NCBI GenBank assembly: GCA_963666985.2
Contig: CAXXIA010000001.1
Span: 704,001 to 768,000, forward strand
Origin: Spirochaetia bacterium
GTDB taxonomy: Bacteria > Spirochaetota > Spirochaetia > DSM-2461
Direction: 5' to 3'
DNA length: 64,000 bases
Positions 9,837 through 19,500 of the stretch are shown piece by piece. A program made the translations under genes and the position numbers. The notes below the pieces were generated by a model, which saw only the letters and a list, made by a program, of their open reading frames with translations, was not told where the DNA came from and searched no databases. Every line of letters begins with the position of its first letter. Within the stretch, counting starts at the first letter, position 1.

Positions 9837-11476
9837 TACTCGCTCCTTTCGTTGTTTGAAACGTAGTCGGCATCAATGGAATCGGGATTCTCCCAGGGGG
9901 CCCCCACCAAATCCCAAATGCGTGAATTGGTCATGCGGTCGATTTCCCTGTAGAAGTTGACCGCTCCGGCAAATCCCGCGAAGGGGCCGCCGTAGTCGTA
10001 GCTGTGCAGCTGCTTTAAGGGCACGCCCATTTTCTGCACGGCGTATTTTTCCTTGATTCCGGCGCAGAATACCGACGGATGATAGATTTCGATCAGTTTT
10101 TCCATTTCCAGATGACTGATGTCGTCGATAACGAACGATTCGTTATCCATTTCCTTCATCATGCCTTCGTAGTCGTTGAACTCGAATCCGCCGGATTTCA
10201 TTGTTTCCATTTCCTCATTCGTTTTTCGCGGACTGTAGCGCTCGGAGTCGGCTTCCACATGGAGTTCTTCGATGTTCCGGGAATCGGCATCCACTTTCAG
10301 GCCGGGAAGAATCTCGCGGCCTTCGTAGTCGTCGCGGTGCGCAAACTCGTAGCCCGCGGCCAGGGTTCTCATTCCCATCTCGGTAAAGAGTTCCTGATAA
10401 TGATGGGCGCGGCTCCCGCCGACAAACATCATGGCGGTTTTTCCGGCGGTTTTCGGTTTGATCACTTTCAGGGCGTCATTGACTTTGGCTTCTTCCTCGG
10501 CGATGACTTTCTCCACTTGAGCGGAAAGATTTTTGTCGCCGAAATACTCGGCCATTTTTCGAAGAGATTTGGCCGTGGCCTTGGCGCCGATAAAATTGAT
10601 TTTGAACCAGGGAATCCCGTATTTCTTCTCCATCATTTCCGCCACGTAATTTATGGAACGGTGGCACATCACCACGTTCAGATCGGCCGTATGGCTTTTT
10701 GCGAATTTGTCGTAAGAGGAATTGCCGCTGAACGTGGAAATGAGGGTGAATCCGCAGCGTTCGAGGAGATCTTCAATAACAAACGCATCCCCCCCGATAT
10801 TGTATTCTCCCAGAATATTGACTTTGAATTTTCCTTCGGGAGCCGCATCATCGAGCCCGATGACATGCTTGAAAAGCTGGTTGTTGGCGATGTGGTGACC
10901 GGCCGACTGGCTGACACCCTTGTAGCCTTCGCAGCTGAAGGCGAAGACGTTGCAGTCGCCGAATTTGGCGCTCATGTCCTTGGCCACCTGGTGAATATCA
11001 TCACCGATGAGCCCGATGGGGCAGGTGGCGAACACGCCGATGGCTTTGGGATGGAAGATGTCGTAGGCCTCCTGAATGGCCAGCGTGAGTTTTTTCTCTC
11101 CGCCGAAGACGATGTTGGAATCCTCCATGTCCGTACTGAAGCAGTAGGTTATGTAGTTATCGCCGTCTTCTCCGGCATCGGTCTGGTTCCGGCGGGTGAG
11201 CCAGGAATAAAAACCGCAGCCGATGGGTCCGTGGGTAAGGTTGATGATGTCGCGGGTGGGTCCGAGAACAACCCCTTTACAGCCCGCGTAAGTACAGCCC
11301 CGCTGAGTGATGATTCCGGGAATCGTCCGGACATTGGCCTGGATTTCCTGAACTTCCCCCGGCTCGTTCGCCACGATGGACTTCCGCCGCTTTCGGGCCA
11401 CTTTGGGAGGATAGGCTTCCAGTACCGTCTCGATAAATTCCTCTCTTGTCATATTCTTTTCGATCGTGCTCGACAT
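9836..11476 (-). CDS. nifD: Nitrogenase MoFe protein alpha chain (group II, with internal insertion)
   Basis: RGCTYAGCKGVV, HGPIGC, CHRSINY, GYEFAHRDDY, QLHSYDY. Start set at ATG 11476, downstream of an AAGGA RBS. Confidence 0.96.
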   Translation of the reverse strand: MSSTIEKNMTREEFIETVLEAYPPKVARKRRKSIVANEPGEVQEIQANVRTIPGIITQRGCTYAGCKGVVLGPTRDIINLTHGPIGCGFYSWLTRRNQTDAGEDGDNYITYCFSTDMEDSNIVFGGEKKLTLAIQEAYDIFHPKAIGVFATCPIGLIGDDIHQVAKDMSAKFGDCNVFAFSCEGYKGVSQSAGHHIANNQLFKHVIGLDDAAPEGKFKVNILGEYNIGGDAFVIEDLLERCGFTLISTFSGNSSYDKFAKSHTADLNVVMCHRSINYVAEMMEKKYGIPWFKINFIGAKATAKSLRKMAEYFGDKNLSAQVEKVIAEEEAKVNDALKVIKPKTAGKTAMMFVGGSRAHHYQELFTEMGMRTLAAGYEFAHRDDYEGREILPGLKVDADSRNIEELHVEADSERYSPRKTNEEMETMKSGGFEFNDYEGMMKEMDNESFVIDDISHLEMEKLIEIYHPSVFCAGIKEKYAVQKMGVPLKQLHSYDYGGPFAGFAGAVNFYREIDRMTNSRIWDLVGAPWENPDSIDADYVSNNERSE

Positions 11477-11498
11477 TGCGATTTCCTTTACTGAACAA

Positions 11499-11876
11499 TT
11501 ACTGGACAATACTCGGTCCGGATTCACCGGTGCGGATTCGATAGACTTCCGGTGTATCGACAACGAAGATTTTTCCGTCTCCGGCTTTTCCGGTACGGTT
11601 GGCATCCATGATGGTTTCCACCGCTTTCTCAACGTCTTTGTCGTTGACGGTTAACAGCAGCATCCTTTTGGACATCAGGCGAGGACCTTCTCCCAGAAGA
11701 GCCGCCGCATATTCGTTCCCTTCATCGGCCGCTTTAAGCACCTTGTGATCGACAAGGCCTTTCCCGCGGCCCAGGACTCGGCCGGTAGCGGTTACCGAAG
11801 AAAAGCCGGCGTTCATCAAGGCTTTTTTCGTTTCGTTCATCCGGTTGATCCGGACGATGGCCATGATTTCCTTCAC
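11499..11876 (-). CDS. nifI2: P-II family nitrogenase regulator NifI2
   Basis: P-II fold (VLGRGKG...GDGKIFV...RIRTGE); second P-II gene between nifH and nifD. Confidence 0.88.
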   Translation of the reverse strand: MKEIMAIVRINRMNETKKALMNAGFSSVTATGRVLGRGKGLVDHKVLKAADEGNEYAAALLGEGPRLMSKRMLLLTVNDKDVEKAVETIMDANRTGKAGDGKIFVVDTPEVYRIRTGESGPSIVQ

Positions 11877-12199
11877 AGTACGGCCTCTCCGGTTCTGACC
11901 GTATAAGCGGCTTCAACGCTTTGAACGAAGATCTTTCCGTCTCCGAACTTTCCTTCTTCTCCGCTTTTGGCTTTATCCATGATGATCTTGATCACCATGT
12001 CTTTATCTTCATCTTCCACGACATTGATAAGCATTTCCTTAGGCAGCTCGTCATAGACGACTTCACCGATTCTCAAGCCTTTCTGCCTGCCGCGTCCGGC
12101 GACGCTTACCTTGGTAACAGCCGAGAAACCGGCTTCCAGAAGAGCATCCATAACCTCGTGCACTTTTTCCGGGCGCAAGACCGATTTAATCATGACCAT
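11873..12199 (-). CDS. nifI1: P-II family nitrogenase regulator NifI1
   Basis: GRGRQKGL..GEVVYDELPK...GDGKIFV; directly after nifH. Confidence 0.88.
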   Translation of the reverse strand: MVMIKSVLRPEKVHEVMDALLEAGFSAVTKVSVAGRGRQKGLRIGEVVYDELPKEMLINVVEDEDKDMVIKIIMDKAKSGEEGKFGDGKIFVQSVEAAYTVRTGEAVL

Positions 12200-12211
12200 T
12201 GACTTTTCCTC

Positions 12212-13039
<828 letters not shown>

Positions 13040-13074
13040 TCAATTCCTCCGAATGGATGACTTGATCTTCTATA

Positions 13075-13091
13075 AACAAGGATTGTGCCAA
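13075..13091 (-). promoter_or_regulatory. sigma54 promoter of the nifH operon
   Basis: Minus strand reads TTGGCACAATCCTTGTT: perfect -24 element, -12 element GT instead of GC; about 40 bp upstream of nifH. Confidence 0.7.
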
Positions 13092-13118
13092 TGTGGCTTT
13101 TTGAATTTTTAAGTTTTT

Positions 13119-13131
13119 TAAATTACTGATA
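13119..13131 (-). promoter_or_regulatory. IHF/Hbb-like DNA-bending site
   Basis: TATCAGTAATTTA fits WATCAR-N4-TTR in an AT-rich tract between the promoter and the candidate UAS. Confidence 0.45.
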
Positions 13132-13180
13132 TATAAGGAAATAAGTTATTTAATCCGTATGGGAACGTGAACAGGCGGCA

Positions 13181-13196
13181 TGAACGAAAAGGAACA
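13181..13196 (-). promoter_or_regulatory. Candidate NifA upstream activating sequence
   Basis: TGT-N10-TCA on the minus strand, one mismatch to TGT-N10-ACA, about 90-105 bp upstream of the -24 element. Confidence 0.35.
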
Positions 13197-13257
13197 AAAT
13201 CGAGATTTCGTACGAAAAGGGAAGAAAAGCGACGGAACTCCGAGTGTTCAATCGGTT

Positions 13258-13719
13258 TCAGTTATCGCCGCCGCCGTCTATGGGAGTCATGAGGACATTG
13301 AGTTCATCAAGAGAAATCATATCGCTGTCCAACTTTGCGCCTTCGGCGTCTTTCAGTTCCAATCGAATATTCTTTACGTCGTCAAAATGCGCGGCGGCGA
13401 TTCTTCTGAGTTTGGGCCTCATCGTTTCGAAAGGCGCGGCAAACGCTCCTTCGGTGGCCAATAGATCATCGAGAAGTCGGCTGTAGGCCCGTTTGAGCTT
13501 CATGACCGAATGCAAATACGTATTGCGGCGGATTAAAAGAGTATTGTCCTTTAAGGAACCGTAGATCCTTTGTATTGAGGTATCGATGAACAAGGTGTCT
13601 TCCAGGATCTTCTCCGCGAAATAATCCGCATCGACATTGAGTCTTACCGCGTCGTTGAGTGTTCTTATAAGAGCGGTAAGGAAGTAAATGTTGTCGTCGT
13701 AATGAATTTTCTCAGGCAT
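13258..13719 (-). CDS. Hypothetical helical protein, divergent from rpsF
   Basis: Plausible ORF with a GAGGA RBS before ATG 13719; no motif recognised. Confidence 0.7.
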   Translation of the reverse strand: MPEKIHYDDNIYFLTALIRTLNDAVRLNVDADYFAEKILEDTLFIDTSIQRIYGSLKDNTLLIRRNTYLHSVMKLKRAYSRLLDDLLATEGAFAAPFETMRPKLRRIAAAHFDDVKNIRLELKDAEGAKLDSDMISLDELNVLMTPIDGGGDN

Positions 13720-13769
13720 CGGCTTCCTCGGAATGTACACCGGTATTATCGGTTCATGGAAGCGTCAGC

Positions 13770-13798
13770 TTGACGGATATTGCCTTTCCGGGTAGTGT
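13770..13798 (+). promoter_or_regulatory. sigma70 promoter of the rpsF operon
   Basis: TTGACG-N17-TAGTGT immediately before the leader RNA. Confidence 0.55.
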
Positions 13799-13804
13799 AT
13801 TTCG

Positions 13805-13850
13805 ACTCCTTTCCCGCATCTGAGGCGGGACGAGTAAGTCCAAAAGGAGA
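13805..13850 (+). ncRNA. S6:S18 ribosomal protein leader (rpsF cis-regulatory RNA)
   Basis: CTCCTTT pairs with AAAGGAG (SD); inner hairpin TCCCGC/GCGGGA; CC motif (GTCCA) just 5' of the SD. Confidence 0.75.
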
Positions 13851-13859
13851 GGACATTTC

Positions 13860-14141
13860 ATGAGAACCTACGAATTGGTTTGCGCCTTCCGTATGAAGGA
13901 AGGCCAGGATGTGGCGGGCATTGAAGCCGTCAAGGCGATCCTAAAGGATGCCGAAGCCGCAATTAAAGCGGAAGAAGACATGGGCGACCGTGAACTTGCG
14001 TACGAGATCGCCAAGGAAACACGGGGACGCTACCGTCTCTTCAATGTCGAATTGAATCAGGAAAAACTGCCTCAAATTGAGTCGGCGATGAAGCTCCGTA
14101 CGGAGATTCTTCGTTATCTCTTTGTTGTAAACGACGACTGA
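13860..14141 (+). CDS. rpsF: 30S ribosomal protein S6
   Basis: MRTYEL..., G.RELAYEI.K, ILRYL. Confidence 0.95.
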   Translation: MRTYELVCAFRMKEGQDVAGIEAVKAILKDAEAAIKAEEDMGDRELAYEIAKETRGRYRLFNVELNQEKLPQIESAMKLRTEILRYLFVVNDD

Positions 14142-14158
14142 GACCTGGGGTTTCGAGT

Positions 14159-14608
14159 ATGGCCGATATTAATAAAGTAGTGCTCGTGGGGCGATTAACC
14201 CGCGATGCCGAGCAATCCTACACACAAAACGGTTATGCACTGTTGAAATTCAGTATTGCCGTTAATCGGCGACGGAAGCAGGGCGATCAGTGGGTGGATG
14301 AAGCGAATTTCTTTGATGTTACCAGTTTCGGCCGTCAGGGCGAAGCCATAGCCTCTTATATGACAAAGGGCAGGCAGGTGGCGGTCGAAGGACAGCTGAG
14401 ACAAGATCGCTGGGAAGCTCAGGACGGATCGAAGAGATCGAAAGTTTATATTGACGCCAATTACGTCCAGCTCCTTGGAGGACGTGAGGGCGGCGGCAAA
14501 ATCGGCGGCGGCGAGGGAGGCTGGGAGCCTCAGCACTACGACGAACAGCCGTCGAGGCCGAGTTTCCAGGGACCGTCCGCGAGCTTCGAGGACGACATTC
14601 CATTTTAA
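14159..14608 (+). CDS. ssb: Single-stranded DNA-binding protein
   Basis: INKVVLVGRLTRD, C-terminal FEDDIPF. Confidence 0.97.
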   Translation: MADINKVVLVGRLTRDAEQSYTQNGYALLKFSIAVNRRRKQGDQWVDEANFFDVTSFGRQGEAIASYMTKGRQVAVEGQLRQDRWEAQDGSKRSKVYIDANYVQLLGGREGGGKIGGGEGGWEPQHYDEQPSRPSFQGPSASFEDDIPF

Positions 14609-14628
14609 TTTAACAGGAGATAAACAAT

Positions 14629-14940
14629 ATGTCCGACAAAGATTACAACGATAAAGATTCGGGTGATGATCGCAGATCATCCTCTTCCAGAGGAGATCGG
14701 GATCATGGTTCCGCCGGCGGCGCCAGAAGAAAATACTACCGGCGCAAGGTCTGCAAGGTCTGCATCGGCAAAGTGAAGGTTGATTATAAAGATCCGGAAA
14801 CCCTTCGCCGCTTTACGACCGAAAGAGGGAAAATCCTTCCCCGACGCATTACGGGAACCTGTGCAAAGCACCAGCGGCTTGTCGCCAGGGAAATCAAGCG
14901 TGCCCGAGCTCTGGCTCTGCTCCCATTCGTGACTAAATAA
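14629..14940 (+). CDS. rpsR: 30S ribosomal protein S18 (Zn-binding C+ form)
   Basis: [25 protein letters not shown]. Confidence 0.97.
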   Translation: MSDKDYNDKDSGDDRRSSSSRGDRDHGSAGGARRKYYRRKVCKVCIGKVKVDYKDPETLRRFTTERGKILPRRITGTCAKHQRLVAREIKRARALALLPFVTK

Positions 14941-14952
14941 GGAGGACGACGG

Positions 14953-15594
14953 ATGAAGGTTATTCTTTATAAAGACGTCCCGAATCTGGGTGAAGAGGGC
15001 GATATTAAAATTGTTACAAACGGCTATGCGCGAAATTTTCTGATTCCTCAGAAACTCGCCGTTAAGTATACCAAAGCGACCGAAATTGAATTGGCTCAGA
15101 AGCAGCAGGCCATCGCCCGCCGAAAAGCGGAGAAGACGAAGAATGCATCCGATCTGAAAACTCGCATTGAGAGTATCGATATGGAACTTGCCGCTTCCGC
15201 CGGGGACAAAGGCCGGCTTTTCGGTTCCATTACTTCCGCCGCCATCGTCGATTATTTATCCGCTCAGGGAATTGAGATTGAACGCAAGAAAATCGAACTT
15301 CCCGACGGCGGAATCAAAACCGTGGGAAACCACAGCGTCAGGGTGAGGCTTTACGGCGGTGAAGAAGCCGTTTTGAAGATTGAGGTTAAGGCCTCGGGTG
15401 ACAAGCCCGTTATTGCCGAAGCTCCCGAAGAAGTGAAAATCGACGCGATCGGATCCGAAGAGGATGAAGAGGTTGATGAAGCTTATGCCGAGTTAACCGG
15501 CGGAATGGACATCGACGGAACCGAACAAGCCGATGATGAGGATGTCGATGACGGTACCGAAGATGATGAGGTACCCGAAGACGAAGAAGGTTAA
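14953..15594 (+). CDS. rplI: 50S ribosomal protein L9 with acidic C-terminal tail
   Basis: MKVIL..DV.NLG, GYARNFLIP, GRLFGSIT. Confidence 0.96.
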   Translation: MKVILYKDVPNLGEEGDIKIVTNGYARNFLIPQKLAVKYTKATEIELAQKQQAIARRKAEKTKNASDLKTRIESIDMELAASAGDKGRLFGSITSAAIVDYLSAQGIEIERKKIELPDGGIKTVGNHSVRVRLYGGEEAVLKIEVKASGDKPVIAEAPEEVKIDAIGSEEDEEVDEAYAELTGGMDIDGTEQADDEDVDDGTEDDEVPEDEEG

Positions 15595-15602
15595 GGAACC
15601 TC

Positions 15603-16955
15603 TTGCCCGTGTCCGCTTTGAAGGACGCGATTCCGCCTTATAACGAAGAGGCGGAAATTGCGACGCTGGGTGCGCTGCTGCTGAACTTTTCCGTAGATCT
15701 GTTGGATGAAGTTCAGCAGCATGTTCGTCCGGAGGATTTCTTCAAAGGTGCTCATCAGCATATTCTGCGGGCCATTCTGGGGCTTAATGAAAAGGGAGCG
15801 GGAGTTGATATCCTTACCCTTACCGGAGAACTTTCAGCAAGAGGATTATTAGAGAAGGCCGGCGGAGCCGCTTATATCGCTTCTCTGCCTTCTCAAGTCC
15901 CTACAACGGCAAACGTCGCCTATTACGCGAAGATTGTGCAGGATGCCAGCATCCGGCGTTCTCTCTTGGATGCGGCGCGGGAAATGATTGCCGACGCACA
16001 TGACGATTCCCAGGAAACGCGTCTTATAATTGAAGAGGCCGAGAAGGCCATCTTTAATTTGAGCGATAACCAAAGCCGCGGTGATTTAAAACCCGCGAGA
16101 GACGTTATCCAGAAAACAATCGAGACAATAGAAAGCCGTTATAAAACCAAGGAAGGCTTTACGGGAATCCCTTCGGGTTTTGATGCGCTTGATAATCTGA
16201 CCAGCGGTTTTCAAAATTCGGAAATGACGATTATCGGAGCCAGGCCTTCCATCGGGAAAACGGCGCTGGCGCTTTCCATGGCGACAAACATCGCCGTAAA
16301 GAACCGCATCCCTTGCGGATTCTTTACTCTGGAAATGTCCGAAGTTTCTCTGATGATGCGTGTTGTTTCCGCCGAGAGCAAAATTAATTCAAACAATCTT
16401 CGAACCGGTCTGCTTCGCCCTACGGACTTTAATAAGCTTACCGAAGCCGCCGGAAGAATTTACGAATCGCCGCTTATCTTGCAGGATACGCCGAATATTC
16501 CGCTTTTGGACTTACGTTCTTTAGCGAGAAAAATGGTCAGCAAGTTCGGCATCAGAATCCTTTTCATCGATTATATCGGTCTGATTACACCTGAGGATAC
16601 GTCACAGCCCAGGCATGAACAGATCTCTTCAATCAGCCGTTCACTTAAAGCTCTTGCACGTGAATTGGATATTCCGGTTGTGGCGCTTTCCCAGGTTGGA
16701 AGGCAATCCGAAGGGAAACCGCCGAATCTCGCCGATTTGAGGGAATCGGGCGCTTTGGAACAGGACGCCGATGTCGTATTGTTCCTTCACCGCAATAGAA
16801 TTCTTGACACGGACGGAGAGCCGCATGAGAATAATTCTGTGGTGAAGACGGATTTGATCGTCGCCAAACAGCGGAACGGCCCCACCGATACGGTAAGTGT
16901 GGCGTTCATTCCCCATTTCACGCGTTTTGAAAATCTCAGCTACGACGACAGATAG
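15603..16955 (+). CDS. dnaB: Replicative DNA helicase
   Basis: ARPSIGKT, IDYIGL, LKALARELDIPVVALSQ, DLRESGALEQDAD, AKQRNGP. Confidence 0.97.
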   Translation: MPVSALKDAIPPYNEEAEIATLGALLLNFSVDLLDEVQQHVRPEDFFKGAHQHILRAILGLNEKGAGVDILTLTGELSARGLLEKAGGAAYIASLPSQVPTTANVAYYAKIVQDASIRRSLLDAAREMIADAHDDSQETRLIIEEAEKAIFNLSDNQSRGDLKPARDVIQKTIETIESRYKTKEGFTGIPSGFDALDNLTSGFQNSEMTIIGARPSIGKTALALSMATNIAVKNRIPCGFFTLEMSEVSLMMRVVSAESKINSNNLRTGLLRPTDFNKLTEAAGRIYESPLILQDTPNIPLLDLRSLARKMVSKFGIRILFIDYIGLITPEDTSQPRHEQISSISRSLKALARELDIPVVALSQVGRQSEGKPPNLADLRESGALEQDADVVLFLHRNRILDTDGEPHENNSVVKTDLIVAKQRNGPTDTVSVAFIPHFTRFENLSYDDR

Positions 16956-16968
16956 GGAGGACGCATTC

Positions 16969-17271
16969 ATGGCTTTATCGGAGAAATATGATCTTTCGGA
17001 TATGACGAATCAAATGGAAGATTTTGTTTTCGAGGAACTGGAACATCAATTGGACGCCATTGTTGACGAAGATATCTGCAAGTGCAATGACTGCATTCTC
17101 GATATGGCCTGTTATGCCTTGAACAATCTTGCTCCGAGATACAGATCTTCACTCATCGGTTCTCTGTACGCGAAGGTTGAAACCGAAGTGGAAAAACACA
17201 ACGTTAAAAAGAGCGTTTCCGAAGCCATACAGAAAATCAGTCAGAATCCTCTTTGCGGGAACGTGAAATAA
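16969..17271 (+). CDS. ComFB family protein
   Basis: N.ME..V...L, CKCNDCILDMACYALNNL.PRY motif. Start set at ATG 16969 after GGAGG. Confidence 0.85.
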   Translation: MALSEKYDLSDMTNQMEDFVFEELEHQLDAIVDEDICKCNDCILDMACYALNNLAPRYRSSLIGSLYAKVETEVEKHNVKKSVSEAIQKISQNPLCGNVK

Positions 17272-17375
17272 GTAACGCGGGAAAACAAGATTCAATTCCG
17301 TTCGTATAAAACCATAACCGCAAACGGAATGATTCCGGCGGGGCTTTATCGTTTCATTGTTTTCCTGCTTAATGC

Positions 17376-19490
17376 CTACATTGCTCCGGATGTATCCTCA
17401 AGCACTCTGCTGACACGCCTGGGGTCTACCGGACGTCCGTTACGGTACAGAAGGACGTTTTCAATGGCGCCCGGAGAAGCCCAGATGATCTCACCTTCGG
17501 GAGGCATGGCGATCCAGCTGCCGTCGGTGAAAAAGTTAACTTCGAGTATTGCCTCGCCGCCGCGAATATTCCAGAAAACCAGTGTGCCGTCCGCATCAAT
17601 CCCATAGAGAATATTTCCGCGCGGACGGAGTGAAATCATAGGTTCATCCCATAGGTACTCGACGGACCTTCCGGCGTCTATTTTACGGATTTTATTCCCG
17701 ATCGTCGTGAAAATACCCGGTTCGCTTGGGTCGACATAGAGAAGTGCGTCCAGATCTTCACCATTTATTTTGCTCAAAGACCTGGTTTTTTCGGGATGAT
17801 CTTTATCATGCTGAAGAAGAATCGTTGACGATCCTCCGCTTCCCGGCTTAACGCCGATACTGTAAAGAGCATTGGGAGCCGATTCTATGGCGTAGACCAT
17901 GAATCTGTCGTCGTTTATCGGAATGGTCTCGCGCGTTTCGGTATCGATCATTTCCAAAGGACTTCCCGAAGTGTCGGATGATTTTCCGGCAAGGATAAAA
18001 TTATTTTCGGGAGAATACACGGCGTCCAGAATGCCCAGCGCGGAGAACGTGAAGAATGCTTCGCCCGTCGGAGTATCAACGATGGAAACCGTTCCGTTTC
18101 TATCGATTGTCAACAAACGCTGCTCGTCAACGATATCCAACTCTTGGAGAACGGCATTCGACGGAACATAACGCGTCGATTGGAAGTCAGGATAACGGAA
18201 CACGCGGTATCCCGCTCCTAAACGACCGCCCGAATCCTTGGCCCAAACAATCAGACGTCCGTCCGGAAGTACTCCGATTTCCGTATCGTCCGAATCCGTT
18301 CCCGAAGACGAACGGTCTTTGCGGAGAGTGTTGAGATCGTTGATATCCCCTCGCGAATTCTCTTCGAAGAATGGTGATTCAAAGCGCAGGATTTCTTTTG
18401 CTCCGCCGATATAAAGAGAATCATCGGAGAACGCCAGGGAATCGGGCTTCCAGACTTTATTGTTGACGACGGGTTGAAATCCGGATGCCGTTTGATGATA
18501 AAGGCAGCCGTTTGTTGCCATAAGATAAGTTTTTCCCTTTTTTCTTATGATATCCGAGCATGTGTCTCCCGGGCCGAGGAACTCAGATAATGAGGTTGAA
18601 GGGGAAAGGGTCGGATTTTCGGAACCGGAAAGGAATGCTCCGCCGCCGATTCTGTAGCTGTGGATTACCGAGCCCGTTGGACCGGCGGTAACGGCTTCGA
18701 TTTCCCCCGTATCGGGATCGACCGCCGCATCAATCAGCTGCGGTATATCCATCCGGTCCATTACGGCTCCGGTGTTCCGGTTGATAAGATAAAGACTTTC
18801 GTTTCGGCGACCGAACATCATTGTTTTATTGTTGTCGGCGTCTTCGATTTGAAGAACGGTAACGTCCAGCAGATTGCTCACCGTTTCCGAAGAACCTTTC
18901 AGAGCGGCGCTTCTGATATCCCAATATCTGATGGCGCCCGATGATGTGTAGGTCATGAGAATCGTTTCGGTGGATCCGATATAACCGGCGTTATAAAGCG
19001 AAGGAAGACGCTGGAGATAGGAAAGGCGTCTGCCCGTACGTCCTTCGAGAACCAGAATGCTGGGCGTTCCAAGGTTGCCCGCAACAAGGTATCGGCCTTT
19101 GGCGGACCAAGAAAGGAAGAGAGGTTCGGAATCCAGGGAATACCCAAAAATTTTCTTTTCTTCGTCCCAGTCCCAAACGGTGATTTCGGCGCCGTCTTCT
19201 CCGCCGGTTACCACGGCAACGCGATTATCGGCGGGATCTGTTTTGATATCGATTATATGATCGTCGGTGATTCTGAATCGATGAAGAACCTTGCCCGTTT
19301 CGGGTTCGGTGATGATAAGACGCCCGTCTTCCCCGGCTGAAACGATTGTGGAAGAACGATCGTGCCATTCAAAGGCAACCGGCGGACCGTCATGTCCCGT
19401 TTGAAGAACAAGATGATAAGATGCCGATGCCGTAGCGACGGCCAGGAACGAAAGCAGGACGAGAAATATGATTTTTTTCGCGTAAAGCAT
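17376..19490 (-). CDS. Exported WD40/beta-propeller repeat protein
   Basis: Signal peptide (MLYAKKIIFLVLLSFLAVATASA) and WD-like repeats (QTGH, VSAGEDG, VWDWD, RYWDIR, VFWNIR). Confidence 0.75.
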   Translation of the reverse strand: MLYAKKIIFLVLLSFLAVATASASYHLVLQTGHDGPPVAFEWHDRSSTIVSAGEDGRLIITEPETGKVLHRFRITDDHIIDIKTDPADNRVAVVTGGEDGAEITVWDWDEEKKIFGYSLDSEPLFLSWSAKGRYLVAGNLGTPSILVLEGRTGRRLSYLQRLPSLYNAGYIGSTETILMTYTSSGAIRYWDIRSAALKGSSETVSNLLDVTVLQIEDADNNKTMMFGRRNESLYLINRNTGAVMDRMDIPQLIDAAVDPDTGEIEAVTAGPTGSVIHSYRIGGGAFLSGSENPTLSPSTSLSEFLGPGDTCSDIIRKKGKTYLMATNGCLYHQTASGFQPVVNNKVWKPDSLAFSDDSLYIGGAKEILRFESPFFEENSRGDINDLNTLRKDRSSSGTDSDDTEIGVLPDGRLIVWAKDSGGRLGAGYRVFRYPDFQSTRYVPSNAVLQELDIVDEQRLLTIDRNGTVSIVDTPTGEAFFTFSALGILDAVYSPENNFILAGKSSDTSGSPLEMIDTETRETIPINDDRFMVYAIESAPNALYSIGVKPGSGGSSTILLQHDKDHPEKTRSLSKINGEDLDALLYVDPSEPGIFTTIGNKIRKIDAGRSVEYLWDEPMISLRPRGNILYGIDADGTLVFWNIRGGEAILEVNFFTDGSWIAMPPEGEIIWASPGAIENVLLYRNGRPVDPRRVSRVLEDTSGAM

Positions 19491-19500
19491 GGGCACTCCC

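Noticed and set aside
10079..11494. 471-aa ORF antisense to nifD (also 8574-9581 opposite nifK, 4727-5503 opposite nifB, 62224-63060 opposite livK)
   Set aside because: Shadow frames of conserved, codon-biased genes; no recognisable motifs.
11477..11632. N-terminal extension of NifD in the ORF track
   Set aside because: Overlaps nifI2; a good RBS and ATG lie at 11476. Similar over-extended starts were trimmed for nifV, tsf, rpsB, BKACE, purE and the WD40 gene.
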